The position numbers were made by a program, and so were the translations under genes. This document shows positions 28,524 to 41,048 of a stretch of DNA of 64,000 nucleotides, piece by piece (within the stretch, counting starts at the first letter, position 1; the number at the start of each line of letters is the position of its first letter). Source of the stretch: Eledone cirrhosa (lineage: Eukaryota); the NCBI GenBank assembly GCA_964016885.1, contig OZ024749.1:32054001-32118000 (forward strand), given 5' to 3'. A model generated the notes under the pieces. The model was not told the DNA's origin and searched no databases. It saw only the letters and a list, made by a program, of their open reading frames with translations.

Positions 28524-29396
28524 CACGTGGAAAAGTAAGAAATAGGAGAATAGACGGTTAAAACATGTTTATTTAAAACAGCACCTACGTACGTTTCGCC
28601 CTGTTGAGCTTCTCAAGGGCATAAATAACCAAAAGTGTTCCTTACATGGCTCGGAAAGAGTTTTTGGGGTTAAATTCACATCAAGGTTCATTGCTCGCAA
28701 AAATAGCGTGTTTTGATTTTGCAGCAGGTCACGGGAGGTAACTCTGGCCGGTGTTAGGGCAGTCTTTCCCGGACAAATTTTTATCCGTTACAAGATGAGG
28801 TTACAACCTTACCATTGTCGATACGCACAGGGTCATGTAACCAACGCTTATTTTGAGACGTTTTTTAACCGCACCTGTTTGTCTGGGTCGTTTGAGGCTG
28901 GGTCTGGTATGCATGGTTAGTTTCCTGGGTGTTATTTTGCAGCGCCTGCCCGCCGGGGTGTTAAAACTTGTTGCAGGGAGATCCGGTGCACGTTTTCACT
29001 CCTCAACCTTAACCCATCTGAAGAAGGATATTTTTAAGCGATGTGTTCAACTTATCGCTGTTTCAGCTCTGCTGTTGATGAGCTCGTGGGGTGCAGTTAT
29101 GATGTGGTAGAGCTCAATTAGGCAAAGATCGCACTTCCTCTTGAAGTTGTACGGTGCAGCGCTGCCGACAATATCCCAGTTACCTCCCTTGACCTGCTGC
29201 AAAATTAAAACACGCTATTTTTGCGAGCAATGAACCTTGGTGTGAATTTAACCCCCAAAACTTTTTCCGAGGAATGTAAGGAACACTTTTGGTTGTTTAT
29301 GCCCTTGAGAAGCCCAACTGGGCGAAACGTACGTAGGTGGTGTTTTAAATAAACATGTTTTAACGGTCTATTCTCCGATTTCTTACTGTTACACGT
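28524..29396 (-). mobile_element. Truncated PLE: endonuclease C-terminus + 3' terminus, with inverted second terminus
   Basis: Minus strand ~29180-29030 reads WDIVGSAAPYNFKRKCDLCLIELYHIITAPHELINSRAE. ~210-bp arms 28524-28740 / 29180-29396 are inverted copies. Confidence 0.8.
29301..29339 (+). ncRNA. Minimal type I hammerhead motif, U3-A8 variant
   Basis: CC-TTGAGAA-GCCCA(AC)TGGGC-GAAA-CGTACG-TA-GG. Palindromic stem III ACGTACGT. Twin on minus strand at 28581-28620. Confidence 0.65.
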
Positions 29397-29407
29397 ATAT
29401 ATATATA

Positions 29408-29474
<67 letters not shown>

Positions 29475-29875
29475 TATAAATATATATCAAGTAAGAATAT
29501 TTTCGAAAAAGCGAGCGGGTTTGAAATTATTATAAATGGAAAAAGAGGAGTATTGACGTACATGTACGTCAATACTCATCGTTTTCTATTTCTCCGAGGG
29601 TTCTTAATCCCACTATCAGGCTAAATAATTTCTTTAATTTCTTTAGTCAAAATACGGCGATAGCTTACATTTATAAATATATATATATATTTCTATAAAC
29701 AGATATTTAATTTGTTGGTAATTCAACAAATATATATATTTATTCGAAGCAATCGACAAACTTTGTATTTTATCTGATGAGTGCGTACCAAAGTTTTGGT
29801 ACCCTTGAAATATATATAATAGAATAAATATGGTTTTATATATATAGTTTTCCATTTATTAATATCATTGATATA

Positions 29876-29913
<38 letters not shown>

Positions 29914-29999
29914 CTGAGTTTTTCGAATATTAATAATAGCATTCGAAAAAGACAGATTACATTTATTGTATTCGGTCATGTAGAACGAAAATTTTCTTT

Positions 30000-30046
<47 letters not shown>

Positions 30047-30047
<1 letters not shown>

Positions 30048-30336
30048 TAAATATACACGGGTGTGTATGATTGTGTATAGAAGATTATATTAAGAAGAGG
30101 AATTCCAACTTTGTCTGATTTACTCGTTTTATTTACAATCCTTTAAAATTTATAATGGTATTATAATGAAATAGTATGGTAGAATATTTAATGTTAAGTG
30201 TTAATTGAACAAGTACTTTCATGCTTTCGCAATCTTCAGGTTCATAATGTGTGGGGACAGTCAAGTTTGCAATTTTCAACTGTTGTTTCACAGTTGAAAA
30301 TTGCAAACTTGACTGTCAATAGTATGGTAGAATATT
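30047..30336 (-). mobile_element. Solo 3' terminus of the 37.5-41.2 kb PLE family, with short fold-back
   Basis: Reverse complement of 40970-41165. Hammerhead at 30206-30244. Hairpin 30256-30317. Confidence 0.85.
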
Positions 30337-30942
30337 ATATATATATATATATATATATCGATATATTTATAAATATATATATAGAGAGAGAGGGGGGAGA
30401 CAGAGGCGTATATGAACATACATCACATACACAAACGCAAACATGGAGTTGTTCGGGGTGTTAGAAACGATGTTGGTTGTGATACAGTTGTTAATGTTGG
30501 CGTTGGCGGTGATTGTTAGTGTCGTTGATGTTGTTGATGTTGTTGTTGTTGTTACATCAATCCAGTCAGCCTCACACATGTCACACCTGCAGTGTGTTGT
30601 GTCTTAAAGAAGACAAATGAATGCGGAGACACAGGTAAAAGTATAAAGAATCTGCCAGAGAGAAGGAGAGGGGGCGTGTGTGAGTATCTGAGAGATAAAG
30701 AGAGGGAAAGAGGTTGAGAGAAAGAGTTAGTGGGTGTTGGTGTGAGTGTGAGTGTGAGAGAGAGAGGGGAGAGGGAGAAAGAGGGGGTATGATTTATGTC
30801 GTTTAGTAGGATATCGTTTACGAACTTTTTACTCTGGTCCTGTTATCTGCTGAATAGCGCCATGTAAATCATATATCTAAATAGTATATATATATATATA
30901 CACGTATACATATATATATAATATATATATATATACACACGT

Positions 30943-31000
<58 letters not shown>

Positions 31001-31028
31001 GTATACATATATATATATATACACACGT

Positions 31029-31064
<36 letters not shown>

Positions 31065-31066
31065 GT

Positions 31067-31104
<38 letters not shown>

Positions 31105-31109
31105 GTATA

Positions 31110-31166
<57 letters not shown>

Positions 31167-31174
31167 GTATACAT

Positions 31175-31233
<59 letters not shown>

Positions 31234-31245
31234 GTATACATACAT

Positions 31246-31284
<39 letters not shown>

Positions 31285-31291
31285 GTATACA

Positions 31292-31356
<65 letters not shown>

Positions 31357-31368
31357 GTATACACACAC

Positions 31369-31420
<52 letters not shown>

Positions 31421-31422
31421 GT

Positions 31423-31483
<61 letters not shown>

Positions 31484-31675
31484 CGTACATATATGGACAT
31501 ATACATATACGTATATATACATATATATATATACATATATGGTGTGTTAATTTAGATGGCTGTGACGTTTACTGCATTAAAGAGATAGAATCCATTTTCA
31601 ATTGTATTTTTTATAAATGTTTAAATTTATTGCAGATGAAAACACATATATGCTCAAACACACAAACACACACAC

Positions 31676-31733
31676 ATGTATTGATAACTATATTTAACCA
31701 TGCTTAAGTTCCGTTCCTCTTTGGAAAACCATT

Positions 31734-31777
<44 letters not shown>

Positions 31778-32734
31778 TATATAAAGAATTAGTATATCTA
31801 GTAACATATATATACACAGATGCATACTTATGCTAGCAAATATATAGGTTTTGTCTTAGTAACTTTGTGGTTCAATGCATGGGGATGCAGAACAATAATA
31901 TGAGAGACGTAAAATAAGAAAATTATAAAATCAACTTACTAGATATACTAAGTCTTTATAATTATCTCCAAATTATTTTGTCGAGCAAAGATTGGCCAAA
32001 TGCTACTATAGTAACGGTCCGGCTGCTGTCTTCTTAACAAACCACTCTTCACTGATTGACCTCGATATCACGTGACTGATTCTTTTGAATTTGCCACCGA
32101 CGCAGTAGGCAGTGATTTTTTCAATGGCTTGGAATTTAGTCCACGCTTTGCTTTTTTCCATCCACTGAATTATTTTTGTATAAGTTCCCTGTGTCCACGT
32201 ATTGCCTGGAAACTTAGCTGAGAATAGACTTCCCTGATGACGAAAGGCTTCTCCGTACGTTTCTTCGGAAACTATGTTTATTCCCTTTCAGAAACTAATT
32301 AGTTGGAGTGAAATTTTAGTAAGTAAGTTAATTTTATAATTTTCTTATTTTACGTCTCTCATACATATATATATATATATATATTTGTTTTGCGAGGTTT
32401 TTAATATGAAATGGTGTGTCGAAACAAATATTGTTATACTTGGGGAGGGTCACATTGTTGTAATAATATTGTCAGAAATAATAACAGAACACACTCACTG
32501 ACCGTTGGTCAGTCAATGGTAAACATTGAGGACCGAATGAATTAACTGTAGAGGTATAAAAGATACAGAACCGATAACCAACCAAACAGTGAGGGTGTCC
32601 TCTTATTATTTCTGGCAATATTATTACAACAATATGACCCTCACCAAGTATAACAATATATATATATATATATAAGAATGGTTTTCCAAAGAGGAACGGA
32701 ACTTAACCATGGTTAAATATAGTTGTCAATACAT
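31676..32734. mobile_element. Nest of inverted-repeat PLE termini
   Basis: IR pairs 31676-31740/32670-32734, ~31899-31941/32320-32362, ~32427-32500/32585-32660. CTGATGA-CGAA..TTCG-GAAAC core at 32234-32278. Confidence 0.65.
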
Positions 32735-33611
32735 TATTACAGAGGAAACACTAGTATGTTTTAAGTGGGGGAGGGTTCTTCTCTGAAGACTATCTGTTGT
32801 CCAGCTCTCCTGAGAGTTTCTTATTACTTAGAAGATATATATTTATTTCATATAGAAATTACATCTACAAGACCAGAACTGTTTCATTCGTTTGAAATCA
32901 TTTGGAATCTTCGGATGATTTCAAATTGTATGAATTAGGTTTTGGCCTGTAGAAATCATCCCTATTAGATATATGAAATGTGTGTGTGTTTATGTGTGTG
33001 TATGTGTGTGTGTTTATGTTTGTGCGTGTTTGTGTGTGCGTGTGTGTGCGTGTGTATGGTTGTCTGTGTGTGCGTGTGTTTGTGTCTGTGTGTTTCTGTG
33101 TTTGTGTGTCTTTTTGTGAGTTTTGTGTGAGGGGTGATTGTGTGTCTTTGCGTGTGTGTGTTTATGTGTGTTTGCGTGTGTTTGTGTCTGTGTGTGTGTT
33201 TGTGTGGGTGTGTGTGTGTGTATGTGTGTGTGTATACGTTTTTGTATCTGTGTGTGTATGTACACATATTGCTGTGTAGGTTAAACTAGATTACAGTAGC
33301 AAATGATATTCCTTCATCTTAACTGATCTTCCCCACCTCTCTCTCTCACTCTTTCTTTCTCTTTCTCTCTCTCTCTATCACCCTCTTGCTCTTCCACTCA
33401 CTCTTCTACCTTATTTCCTCCCTCTCTCTCCTTCATTCTCCGCTCTCTCTCACTCTCACTCTTTCCCTCTTGCTCTCTCTCCCACGCTCTCTCTCACTCT
33501 CACTCTTTCCCTCTTTCTCTCTCTCCCACGCTCTCTCTCTCTCTCACTCTCACTCTTTCCCTCTTTCTCTCACTCTCACTCTTTCCTTCTTTCTCTCTCT
33601 CCCACGCCCTG

Positions 33612-33645
<34 letters not shown>

Positions 33646-34224
33646 ACGCTCTGTATCACCTTCCCTCTCTCGTCCCTCTCTTCCAGACATTCTCTCTCTC
33701 ACTCTCTCTCTTTACCTCTTTCTGTCTCACTCACGCTCTCTCTCTCTCTCTCTCGCCTTCTCTCTCACACATTCTCTCTCTCTCCCGCTCTAAATCACCT
33801 TCCCTCTCCTCTCTCCCACATGTTCTCCCTCTCTCCCTCTTTCCATCTCTCCAAGAATTATCTCTATTTTTATTTAGTGTTGATTTCGTCATATCTCTAA
33901 TGAACCAATTATATGATAATTCTGCCATCTTGTTTTTGTTGTGGTGGTGGTTGCTGTTATTGTTGTTGCTGTTGTTGTTGTTGGATAAATATGTATGACA
34001 TTAAGGAATTTAACATTGACTGCAAAGCAATAGTGATGGGGAATGTGTAGGGGGAGCCTATTATCTGGTGCCGCATGTCTGGATTAGCCTATCATATGGC
34101 GCCACATGATTGAATGAGCTTATTATCTGGTGGCACATGGGGAGGAGAGCTTATACGGTGCCATTTATCTAAATGAGAAGATTTATTTTCCTTTAGTTCT
34201 TTGGTAGTTCTGATCTAAAATTAG

Positions 34225-34490
34225 TCTGTCTCGACCCCGGGGGCTCATCAGGAAGGTCTTTATCCTGATTTCCGTAACGTGAATCGACTGAGAGTACAAG
34301 ACTCCCCCGTGATCAGGACGACAGTCCATAGCAGGGTTAAACCCCCAGCTATTAGTGCTGGTACTTATTTTCAGCTGAGTATACTGGAACAACGTGAAAT
34401 GAAGTATATTGCTCGATTACACAACATACAACCGAGTCCAGGAATCGAACCAACGACATTATGATCGGAGGACCAACATTCTTGCCATTA
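34225..34490 (-). mobile_element. tRNA-derived CORE-like SINE (older)
   Basis: Minus strand GGTTCGATTCCTGG B box and TTCATTTCACGTTGTTCCAGTATACTCAGCTG centre similar to the 271-610 element. Confidence 0.65.
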
Positions 34491-34918
34491 TGTCATTGGC
34501 TGTCTGGTGGATACGGGAAATTAAGAAGGTTTTGGTTGAAATATCTTGCGGTATTCAAACTCTGACTTCAAAATCGACCCCAAAATGATGAACTTTACCC
34601 CATGTCGAGGTCTATAAATAAAATACATATCGAACTGACAATTACAAAACGGCTGAATTATTTGAACGTTGATTGAGATGCCTTGTTTGGGTTCTTTTTT
34701 CGAGTTTTTTACGTCCGCCCTGAGGTAAAATGGTGGATTATAAACAATGGTGAAATGACAGAGCCTTAGAGCCTCAGATTATATACCAGCTCACTAAGCT
34801 CTATAATCAAATCACGCCAGATAAATCTTTGACTTTCATCCTTTCGATATTGATGACCAAACTACCAGACTTGGAATGGGATAGGTGAATTTGTTTAAAA
34901 GTCAGTAGTTTTGCCGTA

Positions 34919-35182
34919 TTTGATCCGTTCTCTATATTCGGGTTCAAACTCCGCCGCCTTCTACCAGGAGCTGTAACTGACACAGAATGTATCAGCAATG
35001 AAATATTTGATCCGCTTCTCTATGATCTGGGTTCAAACTCCGCCTCCTTTTTCCAGGAGTTGTAGCTGACATAGAGTGTATCAGCAATGAAATGTTTGAT
35101 CCGCTTCTCTATGATCTGGGTTCAAATTCCGCCTCCTTCAGTCAAGAGTTATAACTGACACAGAGTGCAATCAATTGAAACG
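34919..35182. repeat. Three tandem ~88-bp units containing a Pol III B-box-like motif
   Basis: TTTGATCCG at 34919, 35006, 35095. Each unit has GGGTTCAAA(C/T)TCCGCC. Confidence 0.8.
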
Positions 35183-36289
35183 TTGTTACTTTGATGATTG
35201 GTTCCTGTCCATGTTAATCCTCATGGAACATACTGAAAATGAAAATATTTCAGGCATTGAACATTTTCTCTGATTTATTACCCAATGTATCCTTTCTAAA
35301 AGGTGTATTATATAATCCGTGTGTGATTTGGCTGGTATTTCTAGCAGATCAAGTATCCACGTAAGGAGATCCACATTGGTATGTGTCTGAGGATGAATAA
35401 AAGTCAAGTGTTGATCAAATTATTATAAAATGTATCTGGTATTGTCAACGGGATCAATAAAACACTACCAGTAAAACCCTGGGGTGGATTTAATCGACTT
35501 TCCCCCTTTCCAAAATGTTGTTGGTCTTGTGCCTAAATCTGATACAATTATTATTGTTAGTGTTGTTATTGTCAGTGCTGTAGTTGTTGGCTTTTCAGGG
35601 TTAAGTTTAACAGATATTTTCTACTGAGATTTATTAAAGATAAAATTGCTCTTTGCTCGATTTTTATCAATGAAATATTTTGAAATATTTTTACATCCAC
35701 ATTACCGTAAGGCGAAATAAACAACAACAGAAAATCCGTCTTTGGATATTTTTTATCGTATACACAATAATGTGGCGCTCCAGTTTTGCCACAACCTAAT
35801 CACTGAAACCAATAAAACAATATAAGACTACAAGAATAAGAGAATAGTTCTGCAAACATGTTTGTTTTGGTAGCAGTGAATAAGACCCCTCAGTTGTTGG
35901 TTGTTTTTTTCTTTTGTAAACCATAAAAACAGATTTTAAATGAAGATAAACAGAAGAAAAAAAAATGCCAATTAAAACCAAGTCCTAAACACAAACAGTT
36001 GCAATTTGTCATGCACAATAGAGATTATAGAAGAAACGTCAAGTGACAGAACCATAACAGATTCTCATGAGTTGTACTTGCGGAAGTCTTCCAATAGTCT
36101 TCCTATGAGTGTTACAGACACATCAGCTTGAGTCTGATGATTTGTATATTACGCTCGTGCAAAATAAATTTCCTGTTCTGTTCAACAGTAAAAGAAAAGA
36201 AATCGAAGAAGAAAAGATAAAATATATTTGATTCTTTTCATGAATGACCTCAAACTTTATCCGAACTTTATAAACTAGCTAAATTCTCT

Positions 36290-36347
<58 letters not shown>

Positions 36348-37253
36348 ATAGTGAATTCAGTTTAATGCTGAAAAACATTGCTATAAATGTACAAATCTAG
36401 TGACAAGTGTAGGAGAAATATGTCTGAAAGGTTAATTCTTTCAAAATAAAAGTTTAACAAGAACGCTGAAGAATAATAAAATATAGAAAATATTTTGCAA
36501 TGCTTCAGGGAGATGTTATGTAATTGATAGAAATGAAAAGAAAATTGGAAGAGAATATATGAGAAACTGCTTAGATTTGTGAAAATCTAGAAACAAATGA
36601 AATCGGCTGTCTAAATAAATGGCAGATCTATGAACTTTTTGTGTTAAAATAAATCCAGACTTTCTAAAGTGAAAGAGGAACGAATCGGTCAGAAAAAAAA
36701 TCAATCAGTCTATCACGTATTAGGTATTAAAACACCTGATGTTCTGTACATATACTTGTATATGGTATTCAGTAGAAAATACAACAAATTCAGACTGGCG
36801 GCATGGATGGCCGAATGGTTAAGGAATTATCTTAACAATCTTGAGGTTCCAAATGCGATCCCAATATTAGGGAGTTTAAGCAAATGTTTATTTACGATAG
36901 ACGAAGATGAAGATAATCCGATTTTTGTATGATGTTTTTTTTCTTCCTTGAATTGTCCTCAACGTCTCGTACCAATTCTATCGAACCCACGGGGGCAGGA
37001 AAACTGAAATGAACCTCGATAGGATTTGAAAATAGGGTGCAGATAACTGTAACAAATACTTTGATATTTAAATATTCTACTAGTTCCTCGGTAAACGCAA
37101 ACAGACAAAAACAACAACAACAATAATTTAATAGATTCAAACCTCTCCAAGTTATATCGCTATTTATATATATATATGTTCATATATGTATAAATATATA
37201 TTTGTCAAATGATAAAAAAAAGTATATATATACAATTTTGAAATCCTTTTATT

Positions 37254-37340
<87 letters not shown>

Positions 37341-37548
37341 GCGTGTGCGTGTGTATCTGTGTGTGTCTGTGAGCTTACACTATTGTAATACTTTCTTTTG
37401 TTAATTGGAGCTAAGCAATATTTTATCTTTCATTTTAAATTCTAGAGAGAAATAATTATCAAATTTAAATGTGAATAACATTTCAGCCACATAAATATTA
37501 TTAAAGGAGCTATTTAAAAAGTAGAGATATCTATCTATATATATATAC

Positions 37549-38400
37549 ATATTCAGGACCGACATCTCCATTTCTGAATGTAAACAATCCCGCTACAAAG
37601 CCAAATATGAAGCTATTGATGACCAAATTGAAGTTGAAATTTCAAAGCTAACGACTGGTATTATAGCTGAAAAACTACGAGAACTATGGATCGGAGATAT
37701 CTCAAAAGAAGAAAACAAATCAAGAAAGGTATGGCAGCAGAAACAATTATTTCTCGATGAATATGCTGCAAATTACGGTAAAGACTCTGGAACCCTGAGA
37801 AAAAGCATTAAAAGTGGACAATCTCATCAACACAACATACGCCAGAACACGTGCCAACACAAACACTCACCTTACCTTGAATCAAAGAAGAACTACGGTA
37901 ATAACTCTTCGCTTTTTCTACAAAAACACCCTATCGCACACAACATGAACAAAAAGCACAAACACGATAGGTATTCCTTTGACCAGACCATGAGAAGTAG
38001 TAAAACCAGGAGATCATTCTCAAGATCTCAACAGAGACTACCAACAAGGAATGTGGAAACAAAACGTAGAATAACCAGATCACTCTCAAGATCTCAACAG
38101 AGATTGCCCACAAGAAACTGGACGAAAAAACGATCTAAACCTGAAAGCAAACCTAGGTCATTTTCCCAGATTGTTAAAAATAATGCTAACAGGAAGAAAA
38201 ATAATATACAGAATACCAAAAATAGGACAAAATACATAACGAAACCAAATATAATATCACGACCAAAAGTTCATCAAGCGAACACCAACAGGAATATAAA
38301 TCCTGAACAGAGAAAAATTCATTTTTTAACGTCAGGACAACAAAAACCGGAAAAAGAAAAACTCCAGGAGGAAACATACCCAAAACAGCTGTACACGTAG
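37549..38400 (+). CDS. PLE upstream ORF (5'-truncated; helical N-part, basic low-complexity C-part)
   Basis: Frame open from 37525 to TAG at 38398-38400: DISISECKQSRYKAKYEAIDDQIEVEISKL...LRELWIGDISKEENKSRKVWQQKQLFL... The ORF track shows only the part from 37945. Confidence 0.7.
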   Translation: MFRTDISISECKQSRYKAKYEAIDDQIEVEISKLTTGIIAEKLRELWIGDISKEENKSRKVWQQKQLFLDEYAANYGKDSGTLRKSIKSGQSHQHNIRQNTCQHKHSPYLESKKNYGNNSSLFLQKHPIAHNMNKKHKHDRYSFDQTMRSSKTRRSFSRSQQRLPTRNVETKRRITRSLSRSQQRLPTRNWTKKRSKPESKPRSFSQIVKNNANRKKNNIQNTKNRTKYITKPNIISRPKVHQANTNRNINPEQRKIHFLTSGQQKPEKEKLQEETYPKQLYT

Positions 38401-40634
38401 ATCCTAAAATAATTAATTTATCTAAAAGAGATCTTGACAATGATGAAATGCAAATTCTGTCAAAAGGACTGAAATTCACACCGACTCCAACAGTCAACCA
38501 CCAAGAACTGAAGGAGGATACCCAAGAATTCTGTCGAAAATTACGTCTTGTAGAATTCTTCGCTGATAAAAATAATGAGAGTGATGAATCACTAGTAAAG
38601 AATAAATCAAATTTCACTCCGCCAAAAGGAAGAAATATCTATCTCGACCAATACATTGACATCCTGTCTAAATTTCCTCTTAGACATAATACTAATGTTA
38701 GGCCAAACATTAACAAATCAGAAATGTCTGCACTTAAACGTATACAAAATGATAAAACAATAATAATTAAACAAGCAGATAAAGGGGGTGCAGTTGTTAT
38801 AATGGATACTGAATACTACAAGGATTTGGTTGAGGAACAACTGAAAGACACAACATTCTATCATGAAATACCGTCAAATATAGACCACAACATCATGAAG
38901 AAGATCAACAACCTGGCTTCAAAATACCACAACTCATTTACTGATAAGGAAAGAGACTACATCACCAATTTTGAGCCGAAACCCAGCAACCTGTATGGCC
39001 TACCGAAAGTTCACAAGTCAAAAGAAATACAACTGGCAGTAAGAGAACAAAACAGTGAGTACATTAAATTATTACACCCAAAAGACTTAAAACTTAGACC
39101 TATTATAGCTGGTCCAACATGCCCCACTCACCGTCTAAGCAATTTTGTTGACATTATTTTGAAACCACTATGTATTCACATACCCAGTTTCATCCGGGAT
39201 GATATCGACTTCCTGTCCCATCTTCCCAAAACCACGGAAACGAATTCACTTCTACTCAGTTTTGATGTGGTAAGCCTTTACACCAACATTACACATGATT
39301 TAGGAATAAAGGCGGTTAATTACTGGGTGGAAAAACATAGAGAAGTGATTCCCATTAGATTCACAGCGCCATTTATATTAGACGCAGTTAAACTTATTCT
39401 GGAAAACAACACTTTCTTCTTCAATGGAAAGAATTACATCCAAATTAGAGGCACAGCGATGGGAACGAAGTTTGCTCCCGTTTACGCGAACTCTGTAATG
39501 GGATACTTAGAACAACAACTCTACCAAGAAATAGAGGAAAAATATAGTACTGACTTTAGAAAGTACATTGAAAAATCTTGGAAGAGATACCTTGACGACT
39601 GTTTCATCATCTGGACAGAATCTTTAGATACTCTGGATGAGTTCAATATCCTCCTGAATAACCTACACCCATCTCTCCAATTCACAAAAGAGATGAGTAG
39701 GACCAAATTACCATTCCTAGATATAATGATAATCAAAAACGACACCACCATTACCACGGATATATATTATAAACACACAGACACCCATCAATATCTGAAT
39801 TTTAAGTCGTGCCATCCACCTCATACAAAACGCAACATCCCATACTGCCTAGCCAGAAGAATTTGTACCATTGTAGAAGATACGAATACCAGGTACAAAC
39901 GCCTTACAGAACTAAGAGAATTTTTGCTCAAACAAAAATACCCATCTCTACTTATAGAAAATGGCATACAGCGGGCTATAAAAATACCTATACAACAACT
40001 TAGAACAACCCAAAGAAGAAGAAACCAAGAACTGGTCATACCATTTATAATGACACACAACCCATGTCACCAGAATATCTTCAACACTGCCAAAGCAAAC
40101 CTACCGATCATTGCTCAAAGTAATGAATTAAAAGGCTTAATCACAGATCGATCTTTGACTCTTAGTAAAAGACAGCCAAAAAATTTGAAGCAATTGCTAA
40201 CAAAAGCAAAGTTTGACCTTAACAACAAAGACCAATCATTCACTGTATCTAAATGCAATGATAATCGATGCGGCACATGTCAATCCATACACGCCGGTCA
40301 ATATATGAAAACAAAAACTGGAAAAATATTCACAAATGCAAATATGAACTGCAAAAGCAGAAATCTAATTTACTGCATTAAATGCCCGAATTGTGAAGAA
40401 CTATATGTAGGTCAAACTGGAAATGCACTATCGGAACGTGCACGGGTACACCGTCAACAAATCAGAGACCCAAATCTCCGTCAGATACCCCTAAGCGGCC
40501 ACCTGGCAACATGTGGTCAGGGAATATTTATAATATTCCCATTCTACAAATTACACAGCCCAAATGAAATCAAGAGAAAAATCAAAGAAAAGAATTTTAT
40601 TGATAAATTCAAACCCAAGCTAAATGAACAATAA
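38307..40634 (+). CDS. PLE reverse transcriptase + GIY-YIG endonuclease (intact frame; first ATG 38448)
   Basis: KIINLSK...LSKGLKFTPTP, ADKGGAVV, LYGLPKVHK, LRPII, SFDVVSLYTNI, GTAMGTKFAP, RYLDDCF, LPFLD, Cys linker CNDNRCGTC, NLIYCIKCPNCEELYVGQTG..R..H. No stops from 38307 to 40634. Confidence 0.96.
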   Translation, partial: TEKNSFFNVRTTKTGKRKTPGGNIPKTAVHVDPKIINLSKRDLDNDEMQILSKGLKFTPTPTVNHQELKEDTQEFCRKLRLVEFFADKNNESDESLVKNKSNFTPPKGRNIYLDQYIDILSKFPLRHNTNVRPNINKSEMSALKRIQNDKTIIIKQADKGGAVVIMDTEYYKDLVEEQLKDTTFYHEIPSNIDHNIMKKINNLASKYHNSFTDKERDYITNFEPKPSNLYGLPKVHKSKEIQLAVREQNSEYIKLLHPKDLKLRPIIAGPTCPTHRLSNFVDIILKPLCIHIPSFIRDDIDFLSHLPKTTETNSLLLSFDVVSLYTNITHDLGIKAVNYWVEKHREVIPIRFTAPFILDAVKLILENNTFFFNGKNYIQIRGTAMGTKFAPVYANSVMGYLEQQLYQEIEEKYSTDFRKYIEKSWKRYLDDCFIIWTESLDTLDEFNILLNNLHPSLQFTKEMSRTKLPFLDIMIIKNDTTITTDIYYKHTDTHQYLNFKSCHPPHTKRNIPYCLARRICTIVEDTNTRYKRLTELREFLLKQKYPSLLIENGIQRAIKIPIQQLRTTQRRRNQELVIPFIMTHNPCHQNIFNTAKANLPIIAQSNELKGLITDRSLTLSKRQPKNLKQLLTKAKFDLNNKDQSFTVSKCNDNRCGTCQSIHAGQYMKTKTGKIFTNANMNCKSRNLIYCIKCPNCEELYVGQTGNALSERARVHRQQIRDPNLRQIPLSGHLATCGQGIFIIFPFYKLHSPNEIKRKIKEKNFIDKFKPKLNEQ

Positions 40635-40799
40635 TAACGCCTAGGGGTATTACTTCTACTACCACTATGACCACGACCACTAACAACAACAACAACAACA
40701 ATAATAATAATAATAAAAGTGATGTTGATGGTGATGATTAATAGAAAATGCTATTTTCATCATTTCAAAAAAGCAAAACAATTGATACGTTGGATATGA

Positions 40800-40950
40800 C
40801 TATTGGTCGTTAGCATGCTCAACCAGCCGTGACGCTTAAACCAATCAGCTGTAGTAATTCAGTGAAACTACACACTGATTGGTCGTAATACAGTTTACAG
40901 GGCTTTGCATTCTGGAGCCACTTTTCTCTGTATAAAATGTATAAAAGGTA
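40800..40950 (+). promoter_or_regulatory. Putative pseudo-LTR promoter (CCAAT boxes + TATA-like)
   Basis: ATTGG 40802, CCAATCAG 40841, CTGATTGG 40875, TATAAAA ~40931 and ~40940, upstream of the hammerhead. Confidence 0.4.
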
Positions 40951-41009
40951 GGAAATTTACCCATCTCATTACAGTTGAAAATTGCAAACTCGACTGTCAC
41001 CACATATCA

Positions 41010-41048
41010 TGAACCTGAAGATTGCGAAAGCATGAAAGTACTTGTTCA
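41010..41048 (+). ncRNA. Minimal type I hammerhead ribozyme in PLE pseudo-LTR
   Basis: TGAAC-CTGAAGA-TTGC(GAAA)GCAT-GAAA-GTAC-TT-GTTCA. Palindromic stem III AAGTACTT, 5-bp stem I. Identical in copies at 30206-30244 and 50867-50905 (minus). Confidence 0.8.

Noticed and set aside
30560-30640. Cys-containing peptide (VCCVLKKTNEC) as possible insulin A chain
   Set aside because: Wrong strand and side relative to the B-chain exon, and wrong cysteine spacing.
34222-34256. Minus-strand CTGATGA...GAGAC hammerhead-like motif
   Set aside because: GAAA is GAGA, no stem I/III, and it lies in a SINE tail.
36215-36270. LFMNDLKLY resembling an R4-type RT motif
   Set aside because: Too short and degenerate to support as a feature.
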